From the NCBI GenBank assembly GCA_965203805.1, contig OZ241917.1, forward strand, positions 3,040,001-3,104,000: DNA of 64,000 nucleotides, read 5' to 3'. Position numbers and translations under genes: made by a program. The notes under the pieces are model-generated. The model saw only the letters and a program-made list of their open reading frames with translations, did no database searches and was not told the origin of the DNA. This stretch comes from Candidatus Latescibacterota bacterium (GTDB taxonomy: Bacteria; Latescibacterota; UBA2968; GCA-2709665). Below, one piece after another: positions 10,546 to 20,400 of this stretch (the first letter of the stretch is position 1; every line of letters starts with the position of its first letter).

Positions 10546-11711
10546 ACCTGGCGGGAAGAATGGCGCAGCTTGGAACGGAATCCGCATTCGAAGTCCTCGT
10601 CAAAGCGCGAAACCTCGAAGACCAGGGTCAGGACGTGGTCCACCTCGAAATCGGCGAGCCGGATTTCGATACACCGGCTCATATCGTCAACGCCGCCCAA
10701 CAGGCGCTTCAATCGGGATATACCCACTACGGTCCCCCGGTGGGTCTGCCGGAACTCCGCGAGGCCATCGCAACCGACGTCTCGCGGTTCCGCGGCATCC
10801 CGGTCGATCCGGATCAGGTTGTGGTCACACCGGGCGCTAAACCGATTATGTTCTATGCCATTCTGGCCCTTGCGCAGCCGGGAGACGAGGTGATCTATCC
10901 CGATCCCGGATTTCCCATCTACGAGTCGGTCATCAGGTTTGCGGGCGCACTGCCGGTCCCGATCGCGCTAGCCGAGGAACGCGGCTTCAGTCTCGACGTC
11001 AACGAACTTTCGGACCTGATCACGGACCGCACCCGGCTCCTCATCATCAATTCCCCCCAAAACCCCACCAGTGGGATCATTCCGCCGGAAGACCTCAAGG
11101 CGATCGCGGAAATCGTCGTCGACAAGGGGATTCCGGTACTTGCCGACGAGATCTATTCCAGGATCCTGTACGAAGGCGCCTTCCATAGCATTTCCGTTTA
11201 CGAGGGGATGGCGGACCAGACCATTATTCTGGACGGTTTCTCCAAGACCTACGCGATGACGGGATGGCGCATCGGGTACGGGGTGATGCCGCGACACCTG
11301 GCGGAAGCGTTCGGACTCCTGATGGTCAACAGCAATTCGTGCACCGCGTCGTTCACCCAGCGCGCAGCGCTGGCTGCCCTCCAGGGGCCGCAGGACGACG
11401 TCCACTCAATGGTGGCTGAATTCAGACGCCGGCGGGACATCTTTGTCGCGGGACTCCGCGAAATTCCGGGCATTCGCTGCCCGTTGCCCGGCGGCGCATT
11501 CTACCTGTTTCCGAATATCGCGGACCTGGGTCTCTCCTCCCAGGAATTCGCCGACTTCCTCCTGTACGAAGGAAATGTCGCGGCCCTGTCGGGACATGGA
11601 TTCGGCGCCCATGGCGAAGGCCACCTTCGGTTCTCCTACGCCAATTCGGTCCAGAATATCCGGAGAGCGCTGGACCGCATCGCGGACTGCGTTCGGAAAA
11701 TCAGTGGATAA
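10542..11711 (+). CDS. Class I/II PLP-dependent aminotransferase (aspartate/prephenate aminotransferase-like)
   Basis: IGEPDF, NSPQNPT, DEIY, SKTYAMTGWRIG; ATGA-coupled to pheA. Confidence 0.93.
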   Translation: MNLAGRMAQLGTESAFEVLVKARNLEDQGQDVVHLEIGEPDFDTPAHIVNAAQQALQSGYTHYGPPVGLPELREAIATDVSRFRGIPVDPDQVVVTPGAKPIMFYAILALAQPGDEVIYPDPGFPIYESVIRFAGALPVPIALAEERGFSLDVNELSDLITDRTRLLIINSPQNPTSGIIPPEDLKAIAEIVVDKGIPVLADEIYSRILYEGAFHSISVYEGMADQTIILDGFSKTYAMTGWRIGYGVMPRHLAEAFGLLMVNSNSCTASFTQRAALAALQGPQDDVHSMVAEFRRRRDIFVAGLREIPGIRCPLPGGAFYLFPNIADLGLSSQEFADFLLYEGNVAALSGHGFGAHGEGHLRFSYANSVQNIRRALDRIADCVRKISG

Positions 11712-11754
11712 CACGACGTTTCAACATGGGATGGCCGGTTGACGGTGTTGCGTT

Positions 11755-13869
11755 TTACCACATCACACGGAACGTCGTCGCACTGCTCGCCTCCTGACGG
11801 CTGTTCAGGTCCAGCACGTTCACCCGGAATTCCCTGGGACCGGGAAACATCTCCAGGTTCAACACCTGGTAAATCGGCTCCCACGCCTGCGATCCCTTGT
11901 GGGTATAGGAAACCGCCGTGGTCCATTCCGGCTCCGCGGCCGCTGCGTCTTGCTTTACGGTTCGGATCTGGTAGGTCACCTGATAGTTGGTGGCGCCGAA
12001 ACGGTCTTTCTGCAAGTTGTAGATTTCATAGTAGAAATACGCCTGTGCGCCCTGCTGATACTGTTTGAGCGGATTGGGCAGAATGAGGTACCGCTCGCGA
12101 CCGTACGGCGCCTGATCCCGCTCGACAATCCGGCGCGCAAGCAGCATATCGCTCACACTCAGCGAATCGTACCCGAATGTCTCAACGTGAAGTACGCTTC
12201 TGAACGTACCAATCGATTTTGTCTTCCGGTCCTCTGCCTCCGCCGCGATGAAATATTTCCCCGGCGCCAGCATCAGCTTCTCGCTGGCGAACAGATATCC
12301 GTCCCGGTTGGCGCCATATTGTACCCAGGGCATCACCTCCACCCTTCCGACGTCCTTCCGCAACGTATCCCAATTCGCGTCGAACAGAAACAGCCCCTGG
12401 CGCATTGCGACGGATTGCGCCCCGGTTTGCGCCTTCTTGCGCTGCACTTCCTCTCCGGGCAACGCGTAATAAACTTCCACCCTGGCCGTGTCGCCATCGC
12501 CTCGAAACCGGGCCATCTGGTAAGGCGCATCGTACCGCTCCCATTTGTACGGATCCTTGTAGTACTCCGGCACCTTTCTCGTCAGCGCGTCGAAATCCAC
12601 GGGCTGCCTCCCGACCCAGCCCACCCTGTAACGCCAGGTATCCCTGGTATCCGTATTGGCGAAAACCAGGCGGATCCCGCCATAGTCCCACATTTCCAGA
12701 CGGGGACGGTGTTTGTACGGCACCGATCCCTGCTGATTCAACCAGTACAGGTGATCCTGGTACCACACCGGCTCATCCAGACCGGTATCGACCTCGGGCG
12801 GCCGGACGCTTCTCGCCTCAGGCCGTCCGTAACGGATATATGCCTGCCCCTTGTCTGTCGACCAACCCCCAATGCCCCGTTCCGGATCTCCGAAGCGCAG
12901 GTTTGCATAGGCCACGCGCCCACAGTGTTCCATCAGGCGTTCGTTAACCGGTGTCAGAAACAGCGGATCGCGACCGGTCCAGAATGCACGCAGCGCCTCC
13001 TCATCCGGCAGGTCCCGGCCTGCCTCCATACTGTCTTTTCCGACCAGCATGAAGACAGACATCATGAACTGCTGCTCACGGAACGACATCCGCTGCAGTC
13101 CGTTCACATATGCCGGATACGCGCGCTTGAGTTCGTCCTGCGCCTGGAGTGCCAGCCCCAGGAAGAAATAGGCGTCCGGGTCATCCGGGCGGCGAACCAG
13201 ATATTCCTGAAAAAGCGCCGCCATTTTTGCCGGCATTTGTGCTTCGTAATACACCAGGCCCAGCAGAAGCAGCGAAGGCCTGTGGTCCGAATCGACCGTC
13301 AGCGCCCTGGTCAGGTATCCGATCGCCTGATCCCGATCTTCCTCGCCGAATCTCTCCAGACTGAACGAACGCACCCGCTGATAACCCCGGTCGTCGTACT
13401 GATAGTCGATCCGCTCGCCCTCGAGGTACCGCGACATCTGCCAGGCCGCGTACCGGCCGGCCAGGTAGAGACCGCCGACGTGGTTCGGGTCCAGGTCTAT
13501 GGCCTGCTTTGCGTTCTTGTAGGCGTGACCCCGCCTGCCGAGCGCCCAAAGGACTTTTGCATATGCAATGCGAAAGTCCATGTTCTTCCTGTCTTTCCGC
13601 ATCGCCCGCTGCAGCCACGTGGATGCCTGACGACGCGAACCCGGCGTTTTCTCGTCGCTATACAGTTCGGCCAGATCGTGCATTGCCCAGCCGGAATCGT
13701 CATCCCGGATTGCCTTCTTGATCAGCCGCACCCGTTTCTCGTATTCCATTGTCGTGTCGGATGCGGCCGAAAGGAGGGAATCCACCCGCGAGGAAACCGC
13801 TCTCGCGCCATCGGCGGACGCCGTGCAGCCCAGAACGGCCCCCACAATAATGTAAGCCAATGACCGCAT
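11755..13869 (-). CDS. GWxTD domain-containing TPR protein, exported
   Basis: Signal peptide, TPR-like repeats, GWSTDKGQAYIRYG motif; AGGAGG SD before ATG 13869. Confidence 0.85.
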   Translation of the reverse strand: MRSLAYIIVGAVLGCTASADGARAVSSRVDSLLSAASDTTMEYEKRVRLIKKAIRDDDSGWAMHDLAELYSDEKTPGSRRQASTWLQRAMRKDRKNMDFRIAYAKVLWALGRRGHAYKNAKQAIDLDPNHVGGLYLAGRYAAWQMSRYLEGERIDYQYDDRGYQRVRSFSLERFGEEDRDQAIGYLTRALTVDSDHRPSLLLLGLVYYEAQMPAKMAALFQEYLVRRPDDPDAYFFLGLALQAQDELKRAYPAYVNGLQRMSFREQQFMMSVFMLVGKDSMEAGRDLPDEEALRAFWTGRDPLFLTPVNERLMEHCGRVAYANLRFGDPERGIGGWSTDKGQAYIRYGRPEARSVRPPEVDTGLDEPVWYQDHLYWLNQQGSVPYKHRPRLEMWDYGGIRLVFANTDTRDTWRYRVGWVGRQPVDFDALTRKVPEYYKDPYKWERYDAPYQMARFRGDGDTARVEVYYALPGEEVQRKKAQTGAQSVAMRQGLFLFDANWDTLRKDVGRVEVMPWVQYGANRDGYLFASEKLMLAPGKYFIAAEAEDRKTKSIGTFRSVLHVETFGYDSLSVSDMLLARRIVERDQAPYGRERYLILPNPLKQYQQGAQAYFYYEIYNLQKDRFGATNYQVTYQIRTVKQDAAAAEPEWTTAVSYTHKGSQAWEPIYQVLNLEMFPGPREFRVNVLDLNSRQEASSATTFRVMW

Positions 13870-13933
13870 TCGACCTCCTGTTGCGCGCGGCTTCCGATGT
13901 TGAGAAACCATTGAAAACGCAATAAATGGCAGT

Positions 13934-13962
13934 TTGACAATGAAATGAATCCCCGCTATCAT
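13934..13962 (+). promoter_or_regulatory. Sigma70-type promoter for the 14.1-23.9 kb gene run
   Basis: TTGACA-N17-TATCAT in an AT-rich intergenic region. Confidence 0.65.
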
Positions 13963-14106
13963 GTATACGAACCATCCGTTGAAAAGTTCTCTGCCAATGC
14001 CGCCGGATCAGCGCATAAATTCGGAAGTGAGCGACGTTTTGGCGTCCAGTCCGCGGGAACCGGTAATTGCGGGCGATGACACGGGCCGGCCGCATAACAA
14101 TACAGA

Positions 14107-15204
14107 GTGTACTTCCCGGAGACAGCCATGTCCAATCCCTACCGCCAGCCCACGGAGGTTGTGAATCGCTGGATCAACGACCGCCAGCGGTTGCTTCGAA
14201 ACGAATCCGAAGAATATCTTCGCAACGAAGTCCTGAACTACGGCCCGCGGCAGGCGGCGCAATGGAATCGGGACTACACGTCGGTTGAAGCCTTCCAAGA
14301 GTCCGTTGAAGCCAACCGTCGCTGCTGGCAGAAGACAATCGGCATCTTCGAGGACGACGGCACCCCCCTCGAGCCGGTACTGGATCCATGGTACGAAAAC
14401 GACAGGTTCACGGCCTGGTGGCTGACCATCGGATTGTCGGGCAACCTCAGAGGCCGCGGCATACTCGCCCTTCCCCGGGGCAGGAACAGTCCCGCCCCAC
14501 TCGTTATCGCCCAGCACGGCATCGGATCGTCACCGGAAAAGGTCTTCGGACTGGGGGATCCGGACGACACGTACAAATCCTATGGTCGACGCCTGGCCGA
14601 AGAGGGATTCGCCGTCATCGCCCCCATGAATATATCGGGCGGCGCGCCTCGAGCCCGGCAGGAACGCCTCTGCAAGCTCCTGGGCAAAACCCTGTGGGGC
14701 CTTGAAATCCTCCGCACACGGCGCCTTCTGGACTACCTGGAGACACGTCCTGAAATCGACATCGAACGCACGGCCATGTATGGGATCAGCCTCGGCGGCG
14801 CCTACACCATGTTCACGACGCCGGTCGAACCCCGAATCAGAGCCGCCGTGGTATGCGCCTGGTTCAACCACAGGCGCAACAAGATGGCCGTTGACGACCC
14901 CCGGTACAGCTGTTTTCTTTCCGTCAACGAAGAGCACGTATGGATACCCGGCTGGCTCAGCGCGTTTACCGACAGCGACCTGGTTTCGCTCATCTGTCCC
15001 CGTCCCCTGCTTGTGGAGCAGGGCAAGGCCGACGGCATCGCCTGGTGGCCGATGATGCTCGAAGAGTATCACGTGGCCTGCGAACACTACGCCGGACTCG
15101 GATTATCCGACAATATCGAAATCGATCTTCACGAAGGCGGGCATGAGATTCGGCTCGATAAGAGTCTTCAGTTCTTGAGGAAATGGTTGAAGCCTCAGCA
15201 ATAG
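14107..15204 (+). CDS. Alpha/beta hydrolase (dienelactone hydrolase/acetylxylan esterase-like)
   Basis: VIAQHG, nucleophile elbow GISLGG, C-terminal GGHE; start could be ATG 14128. Confidence 0.8.
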   Translation: MYFPETAMSNPYRQPTEVVNRWINDRQRLLRNESEEYLRNEVLNYGPRQAAQWNRDYTSVEAFQESVEANRRCWQKTIGIFEDDGTPLEPVLDPWYENDRFTAWWLTIGLSGNLRGRGILALPRGRNSPAPLVIAQHGIGSSPEKVFGLGDPDDTYKSYGRRLAEEGFAVIAPMNISGGAPRARQERLCKLLGKTLWGLEILRTRRLLDYLETRPEIDIERTAMYGISLGGAYTMFTTPVEPRIRAAVVCAWFNHRRNKMAVDDPRYSCFLSVNEEHVWIPGWLSAFTDSDLVSLICPRPLLVEQGKADGIAWWPMMLEEYHVACEHYAGLGLSDNIEIDLHEGGHEIRLDKSLQFLRKWLKPQQ

Positions 15205-15291
15205 CCGTTCCCAATCGGGTTGCCGGATTGCGTTCCGAATTCTGAGGGTTGTACCGGACATTCCATAATACGAAACACAAAGGAAAAAACC

Positions 15292-16290
15292 ATGGTTAAA
15301 CTCGGTGTCTTCGGCTGCGCGGGCATTGCGACCCATCAACTGAATTCCGTCTGGGAAGACAAGCGGTTCGAACTGGTGGCCGGCGCGGACGTCCGTCCGG
15401 CTCAACTCGACGTCTTCCGGGAAAGATTCGGCATGCGGCACGGGTACGCCGACTATCGGCATCTGCTTGCCGAGGCCGATATCGAAGCCGTCATGATCTG
15501 CACGCCCACCTTCCTCCACCCGGAAATGGCCGTCGCAGCCGCGGAAGCCGGGAAACAGATCTTCTGCCAGAAACCCATGGCGATGAGTTCGTACGACTGT
15601 TATCGCATGATTCAGGCCTGCCAGAGACACGATGTCGGCCTCCAGATCGGTTTCGTCCGGCGCTTCGACAACGATTGGGGCACGGTGAAGAGGATCGTCG
15701 AATCCGGCCGGCTCGGAAGCCCGCTTCTCTGGCGCCAGACCTCGGGGGGCCCACCGCCGGGCAGCCCGTTCTTTATGGACCGCTTTCAGGGAGGCGGGCC
15801 GATGATCGACGGTATGGTCCACAACTACGACTTCGCCGTGCATTGTTTCGGCGAACCCGTGGAAGTCAAGTCGATGCCGATGAAGATCCACCACTCGTCG
15901 ACCGCCTGGGACACGGGCACCGTCCTCGTCCGCTTCGAACGGGGCGACGCCATCATGTGTTCATGGACCTGGGGCATGCCGGCCGGCGTTCGCGCCGGAG
16001 GCGGCACCGACATCATCGGTCCCAACGGGGTGCTCCGGTTTCCCGGCAACTGCGATCCGAAGAAGGTCGAAGGCAAATTCAATTCCGACACCCATGGCGC
16101 CTACCTCCTGACGCTCGCGGACGGCGAAGAGGAAGTCATCACCTTCGAAAAGAAGAACATGTTCCGGGATGAGATGTTGCATTTCGCCGATTGGGTGGAA
16201 AACGGCGCCGAACCCCGCGTTACGGGCGAGGACGGGCTGCGCGCCACCCGGATCGCGGAACTTGCCCTCAACGGGGGTGGGCTGTGTTAA
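15292..16290 (+). CDS. Gfo/Idh/MocA family oxidoreductase
   Basis: GVFGCAG, CQKPMA, GGPMIDGMVH. Confidence 0.88.
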   Translation: MVKLGVFGCAGIATHQLNSVWEDKRFELVAGADVRPAQLDVFRERFGMRHGYADYRHLLAEADIEAVMICTPTFLHPEMAVAAAEAGKQIFCQKPMAMSSYDCYRMIQACQRHDVGLQIGFVRRFDNDWGTVKRIVESGRLGSPLLWRQTSGGPPPGSPFFMDRFQGGGPMIDGMVHNYDFAVHCFGEPVEVKSMPMKIHHSSTAWDTGTVLVRFERGDAIMCSWTWGMPAGVRAGGGTDIIGPNGVLRFPGNCDPKKVEGKFNSDTHGAYLLTLADGEEEVITFEKKNMFRDEMLHFADWVENGAEPRVTGEDGLRATRIAELALNGGGLC

Positions 16291-16323
16291 CCTGGGAAGA
16301 GAGCCGTCGAAAAGCCTGAACGT

Positions 16324-17232
16324 ATGTCCCGGCATGAGGAAATCAATATGGCCCAGTTACGTATCGCTCTGGCGCAGACGCGCCAGAGCGCCGATCGAGA
16401 GGACAACCGCCGGGCTGTTCTCGATGCGATCGACCATGCGGCCTCACGGGACGTACAAATCCTGTGTTTTCCCGAGACACAGACGATCGGCTATCGGGTC
16501 GACATTGCTTCGGCCGACGCACCCGTGCCCGTCGATTGGCTCAATGAGGTCCACGCCGAGGTTTCGGCGCGATGCGCGAAGCACGGAATGGCATGCATCC
16601 TGGGTACGGAGACGCCGTCGGGCAGCGGTAAGCCGTACAACTCCGCCCTTGTGATCGACAGGGATGGGAACGTCCTGGGTAGGCACCACAAGACCATGCT
16701 GACGCCGCTGGACGCCATGGCCTACGAACGGGGAAACGCGCAGCATACGTTCGATGTTTCCGGCGTGCGCATCGGCGTGGTCATCTGCTTCGAGGCGTTG
16801 CGCTTCTCGGAGACGACGGCCGAATGCGTTCGGCGCGGCGCGCAGGTCGTCTTCCATCCGCAGAACAACACGACCCGTCCGAACGACTGGAAGATCCCAA
16901 TCCACCACGCCATGATTGTCACTCGCGCCGCCGAGAATACCGTCTGGTTCGCTTCCTGCAACGCCTGCCTGCCGCACCAGAACAGCCGCAGCCTGATCGT
17001 CGCCCCCGACGGACGAATACAAGGGCAAACGGCGCTGGGACAGGAGGAATTGCTGGTACGCGACATCGACATCCGGATGGCAACGCGCGCCATGTTCCGC
17101 CTGGGAGAAGACGGCCCGGCCACGGGGGCCCTGGAACAAAGCGCAAGCCTGCTGTTCGCCGACACGGTGGAGGCGGAAGAATACGCAACCGCAATCGAGG
17201 CGGAGAAGCCCCTGGCCAGAGCATCGCAATGA
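16324..17232 (+). CDS. Carbon-nitrogen hydrolase (nitrilase superfamily)
   Basis: E-K-C triad context: FPE, HHK, VICFE. Confidence 0.88.
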   Translation: MSRHEEINMAQLRIALAQTRQSADREDNRRAVLDAIDHAASRDVQILCFPETQTIGYRVDIASADAPVPVDWLNEVHAEVSARCAKHGMACILGTETPSGSGKPYNSALVIDRDGNVLGRHHKTMLTPLDAMAYERGNAQHTFDVSGVRIGVVICFEALRFSETTAECVRRGAQVVFHPQNNTTRPNDWKIPIHHAMIVTRAAENTVWFASCNACLPHQNSRSLIVAPDGRIQGQTALGQEELLVRDIDIRMATRAMFRLGEDGPATGALEQSASLLFADTVEAEEYATAIEAEKPLARASQ

Positions 17233-19274
17233 CCGCTCGAACCGTCCTAATATTGGCCGTGTTCCTCTGCACGGCTCCAACGCTGTATGCGCAGGGCAGC
17301 GATACGCCGCCGGAAGCCGACTTCAACGCCGACGGCAACGTCGACTTCCGGGATTTTATCCTGTTGGCGCAAGCCTTCGGCACCGGACAGGCCCTATTCG
17401 ACCTGAACCGCGACGGCGTTGTCGGCTTCGGCGACTTTCTGCTGTTCGCCCGGTCGTTCGGCCGGACCGGCGCCCCGGGTCCCCGGGTCCGCGATATCGG
17501 CATCCCGGTACGCTCCGTCAACTGGGTCCGGCTCCATCCCGGCCGGGACGGTGAGGGCCGCCCCCGCGTGAACGTCACCATGGGACAACAGGCCGACAAC
17601 CTGTTCGTCCTGCAGGTCGACCCGGAAACCGGCGCGTTCCGGCAGTTCGTCTCCGAGGTACCGAGATCCAACTACCCTACCGCCACGTTGATGAGCCGCT
17701 CGGGCCGCCTCTACATCGGGTCCGCGTACGCCGGCCACCTCCTCTGCTTCGATCCCGGCCTGAACGCGCTTCTGGACCTCGGCGCCATCAACCCGAAGGC
17801 CGCCACCTTCCCGTGCCGGATGGACGAGGACGAGGACGGTCGTATCTGGATCGGCAGCTATCCGGGGGCCGACCTGACCGTTTACGACCCGAAAACCGGC
17901 GAGTTCACGCGCTACGGCCGCATGTCCGACGTTGATCTGTACAACTATCCCCTGGTTGCCCCGGACGGCAAGATCGCCTGCCTGATCCGGCAGACACGGC
18001 CCCACGTCGTCGTTTTTGATCCAGATACGCGGAAACGGTATCTCGCCGGTCCGATCACGTTCAAGGGACAGGGCACGCTGAATCTGGAGAGAAGGCGGGA
18101 CGGCAACCTCTACGTCATCACGTCGGATTACGGCAACTTCCTGATTTCCGGGAACGAAGGAATCGCCGTTGCGACGCTACCGGGCCGCGTGCCGCGGCCG
18201 ACGCTTCCCGACGGCAGCACGTTCGTTTTTTCCGACGCCGCGGAACAGATCTATCGTACCCTCAGCGTCCGCCGTTCCTTCGGCAGCGTCCGCACGTTCG
18301 AACTCGATTACGAGGCCAGCGGCACTGACATTTTCTACATTCACACGGGCCCGGACGAGCTGATCTACGGCTCCAGCATCCTGCCGTTGCACCTCTTCAG
18401 ATTCAATCCGGCCTCCAGTGAACTGGTCGATCTGGGGAGATGTTCCCGCTCCACCGGGGAAGCCTATTCCATGGCGAACCTGGACGGCCGGCTTTATATC
18501 TCGTCCTATCCCGCCGCCCGCATTTCAGTCTACAACCCTTCACTTCCGTATCACTACGGCACGGCTCCGGAAGATAATCCCCGCGACCTGGGCCGGCTGG
18601 ACGATATCTCCTACCGGCCCCGATCCACGCTCGCGGGTCCAATGGGCAGGGTCTGGATCGCGTCCGTACCCGACTACGGCCGTTGGGGCGGCCCCCTCGC
18701 CTACTACGATCCCGCGACGGGAGAGAGGAAGTCCTACAAACGTATCGTGGACGACGCGAGTTGCTATACCCTGGCCCACCTGGAATCGCAGAAACTCATT
18801 GCCGTGGGCACAACGATCAACGGCGGCAGCGGCACCCGGCCCCGCGTCAGCGAAGCCACGCTCTTCCTCTGGGACTACCAGGCCGAATCGAAGGCCTGGG
18901 AGGGCACGATCGAGCGTGGAAGCGCGCCCGCATCGGTCTTCAATGCGTTGCTCACGGGGCCCGACGGCCTGCTCTATGGCACGGTTCGGGGCCGCGGTCT
19001 CGAAGAGCTCTTTGTGTTCGATCCCGACACCCGCACCTTCACCCACCGGATCTCACTGCCAGACGGACGCCCCCTGGACCTGGGCCTTCAGAACGGTCCG
19101 GACGGCAAGATCTACGGCTTCACGACGGCCTTCGTGTACCGTCTCGATCCCGCCACGCTTCAGGTTGAGGAAGTCCTTCGCGTGGACGACGGGATCCGGA
19201 TCGCCGGTCCGATTCTGGGCAACGAAATATACTTCGGCACCGGCGCCGTCCTTCGTTCGGCTACCATATTCTGA
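17229..19274 (+). CDS. Secreted protein: N-terminal dockerin/EF-hand-like pair plus beta-propeller
   Basis: Signal peptide, DFNADGNVDFRDF and DLNRDGVVGFGDF repeats, repeated xxxPDGxxY/FDP blades; ATGA overlap with the upstream gene. Confidence 0.75.
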   Translation: MTARTVLILAVFLCTAPTLYAQGSDTPPEADFNADGNVDFRDFILLAQAFGTGQALFDLNRDGVVGFGDFLLFARSFGRTGAPGPRVRDIGIPVRSVNWVRLHPGRDGEGRPRVNVTMGQQADNLFVLQVDPETGAFRQFVSEVPRSNYPTATLMSRSGRLYIGSAYAGHLLCFDPGLNALLDLGAINPKAATFPCRMDEDEDGRIWIGSYPGADLTVYDPKTGEFTRYGRMSDVDLYNYPLVAPDGKIACLIRQTRPHVVVFDPDTRKRYLAGPITFKGQGTLNLERRRDGNLYVITSDYGNFLISGNEGIAVATLPGRVPRPTLPDGSTFVFSDAAEQIYRTLSVRRSFGSVRTFELDYEASGTDIFYIHTGPDELIYGSSILPLHLFRFNPASSELVDLGRCSRSTGEAYSMANLDGRLYISSYPAARISVYNPSLPYHYGTAPEDNPRDLGRLDDISYRPRSTLAGPMGRVWIASVPDYGRWGGPLAYYDPATGERKSYKRIVDDASCYTLAHLESQKLIAVGTTINGGSGTRPRVSEATLFLWDYQAESKAWEGTIERGSAPASVFNALLTGPDGLLYGTVRGRGLEELFVFDPDTRTFTHRISLPDGRPLDLGLQNGPDGKIYGFTTAFVYRLDPATLQVEEVLRVDDGIRIAGPILGNEIYFGTGAVLRSATIF

Positions 19275-19299
19275 CCCGCGGCCAGGGGAGGCACACTGA

Positions 19300-20367
19300 A
19301 TGGCCAGAACAGCCGCCAACAGCAGGCTCCGCATCGCCTTCATCGGCGCAGGAGGCATCGCGGGCACCCACATGCGCTGTTTCAAGGAGATGGACGACGT
19401 CGAAATGGTCGCCCTGGCGGACATTTCGGAGGCGGCGCTCGAAAGCCGTTCGAAGGAATACGATATCGAGAATTGCTTTTCGGACTACGAGACCATGCTG
19501 GGCAGCGTCAGGCCCGATGCCGTCAGCGTCTGCACGCCGAACGGCATCCACGCGCCCGCCGCCATTGCCGCGCTGGATGCGGGCGCTCACGTCATCGTTG
19601 AAAAACCCCTGGCCATGAACGCACGCGAAGGAAAAGCCATGCTCGACGCGGCCGGAAACCGCGGCCGCAAGCTCGTCATCGGCTTCCAGCAGCGCTTCGA
19701 CCCGAGAACCCAATTCATCAAGAAAGCCATCGACAGCGGCAGATTGGGGAGGATACTGTTCGCCCGTTTGCAGGCCCTGCGCAGGCGCGGCATTCCGAAC
19801 TGGGGAGTTTTCGGCCGGAAAGAGCTCCAGGGAGGCGGTCCGCTGGTGGACATCGGCGTACACGTGCTGGAAGCCGTCCACTACCTCATGGGTTCACCCA
19901 GACCCGTTGCGGCCAGTGGAAACGTCTTTACGTACCTCGGCGACAGGAAGTCGGAAGCGGCCTGCAGATGGCAGGACTGGGACTATAAGAACTACACCGT
20001 TGAAGACCTTGCGGTGGGCCAGGTCCGTTTTGAAGACGGCGCCGTCATTCACATCGAGTCCAGTTTTGCCGCCCACATCCGCTCCGACGTATGGAACTTT
20101 CAGCTCATGGGCGAAAAAGGCGGCGCTACCTGGGATCCTCTCTCGATCGCACGGGATGACAACGGATACATGGTAAATACCGAACCGGGCTGGTTGCCCA
20201 AATCCGACTTCGGATCCGCTTTCGGGGCGAAATTACGCAATTTCGTCGACCACGTCCTCTACGACAGACCAACGCTCGCGCCGGCCGAACACGGGCTGAT
20301 GGTGCAGAAGATGATGGATGCGATTTACCTGTCGGCCGAAAAAGGTCGGGAAATGGAAATCGAGTAA
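19300..20367 (+). CDS. Gfo/Idh/MocA family oxidoreductase
   Basis: FIGAGGIA, VEKPLA, GGPLVDIGVH. Confidence 0.9.
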   Translation: MARTAANSRLRIAFIGAGGIAGTHMRCFKEMDDVEMVALADISEAALESRSKEYDIENCFSDYETMLGSVRPDAVSVCTPNGIHAPAAIAALDAGAHVIVEKPLAMNAREGKAMLDAAGNRGRKLVIGFQQRFDPRTQFIKKAIDSGRLGRILFARLQALRRRGIPNWGVFGRKELQGGGPLVDIGVHVLEAVHYLMGSPRPVAASGNVFTYLGDRKSEAACRWQDWDYKNYTVEDLAVGQVRFEDGAVIHIESSFAAHIRSDVWNFQLMGEKGGATWDPLSIARDDNGYMVNTEPGWLPKSDFGSAFGAKLRNFVDHVLYDRPTLAPAEHGLMVQKMMDAIYLSAEKGREMEIE

Positions 20368-20400
20368 ATACCAGGTTTTCCTGTCTCCCCGGGAAACGGC

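Noticed and set aside
11899-13863. 654-aa plus-strand ORF, and similar long antisense ORFs at 3533-4894, 42168-43733 and 48121-49644
   Set aside because: Shadow ORFs opposite well-supported genes, expected from GC-rich codon bias; no recognisable motifs.
16824-17228. 135-aa N-terminal extension of the propeller protein in the ORF track
   Set aside because: It overlaps the C-N hydrolase gene; the signal peptide begins at ATG 17229.
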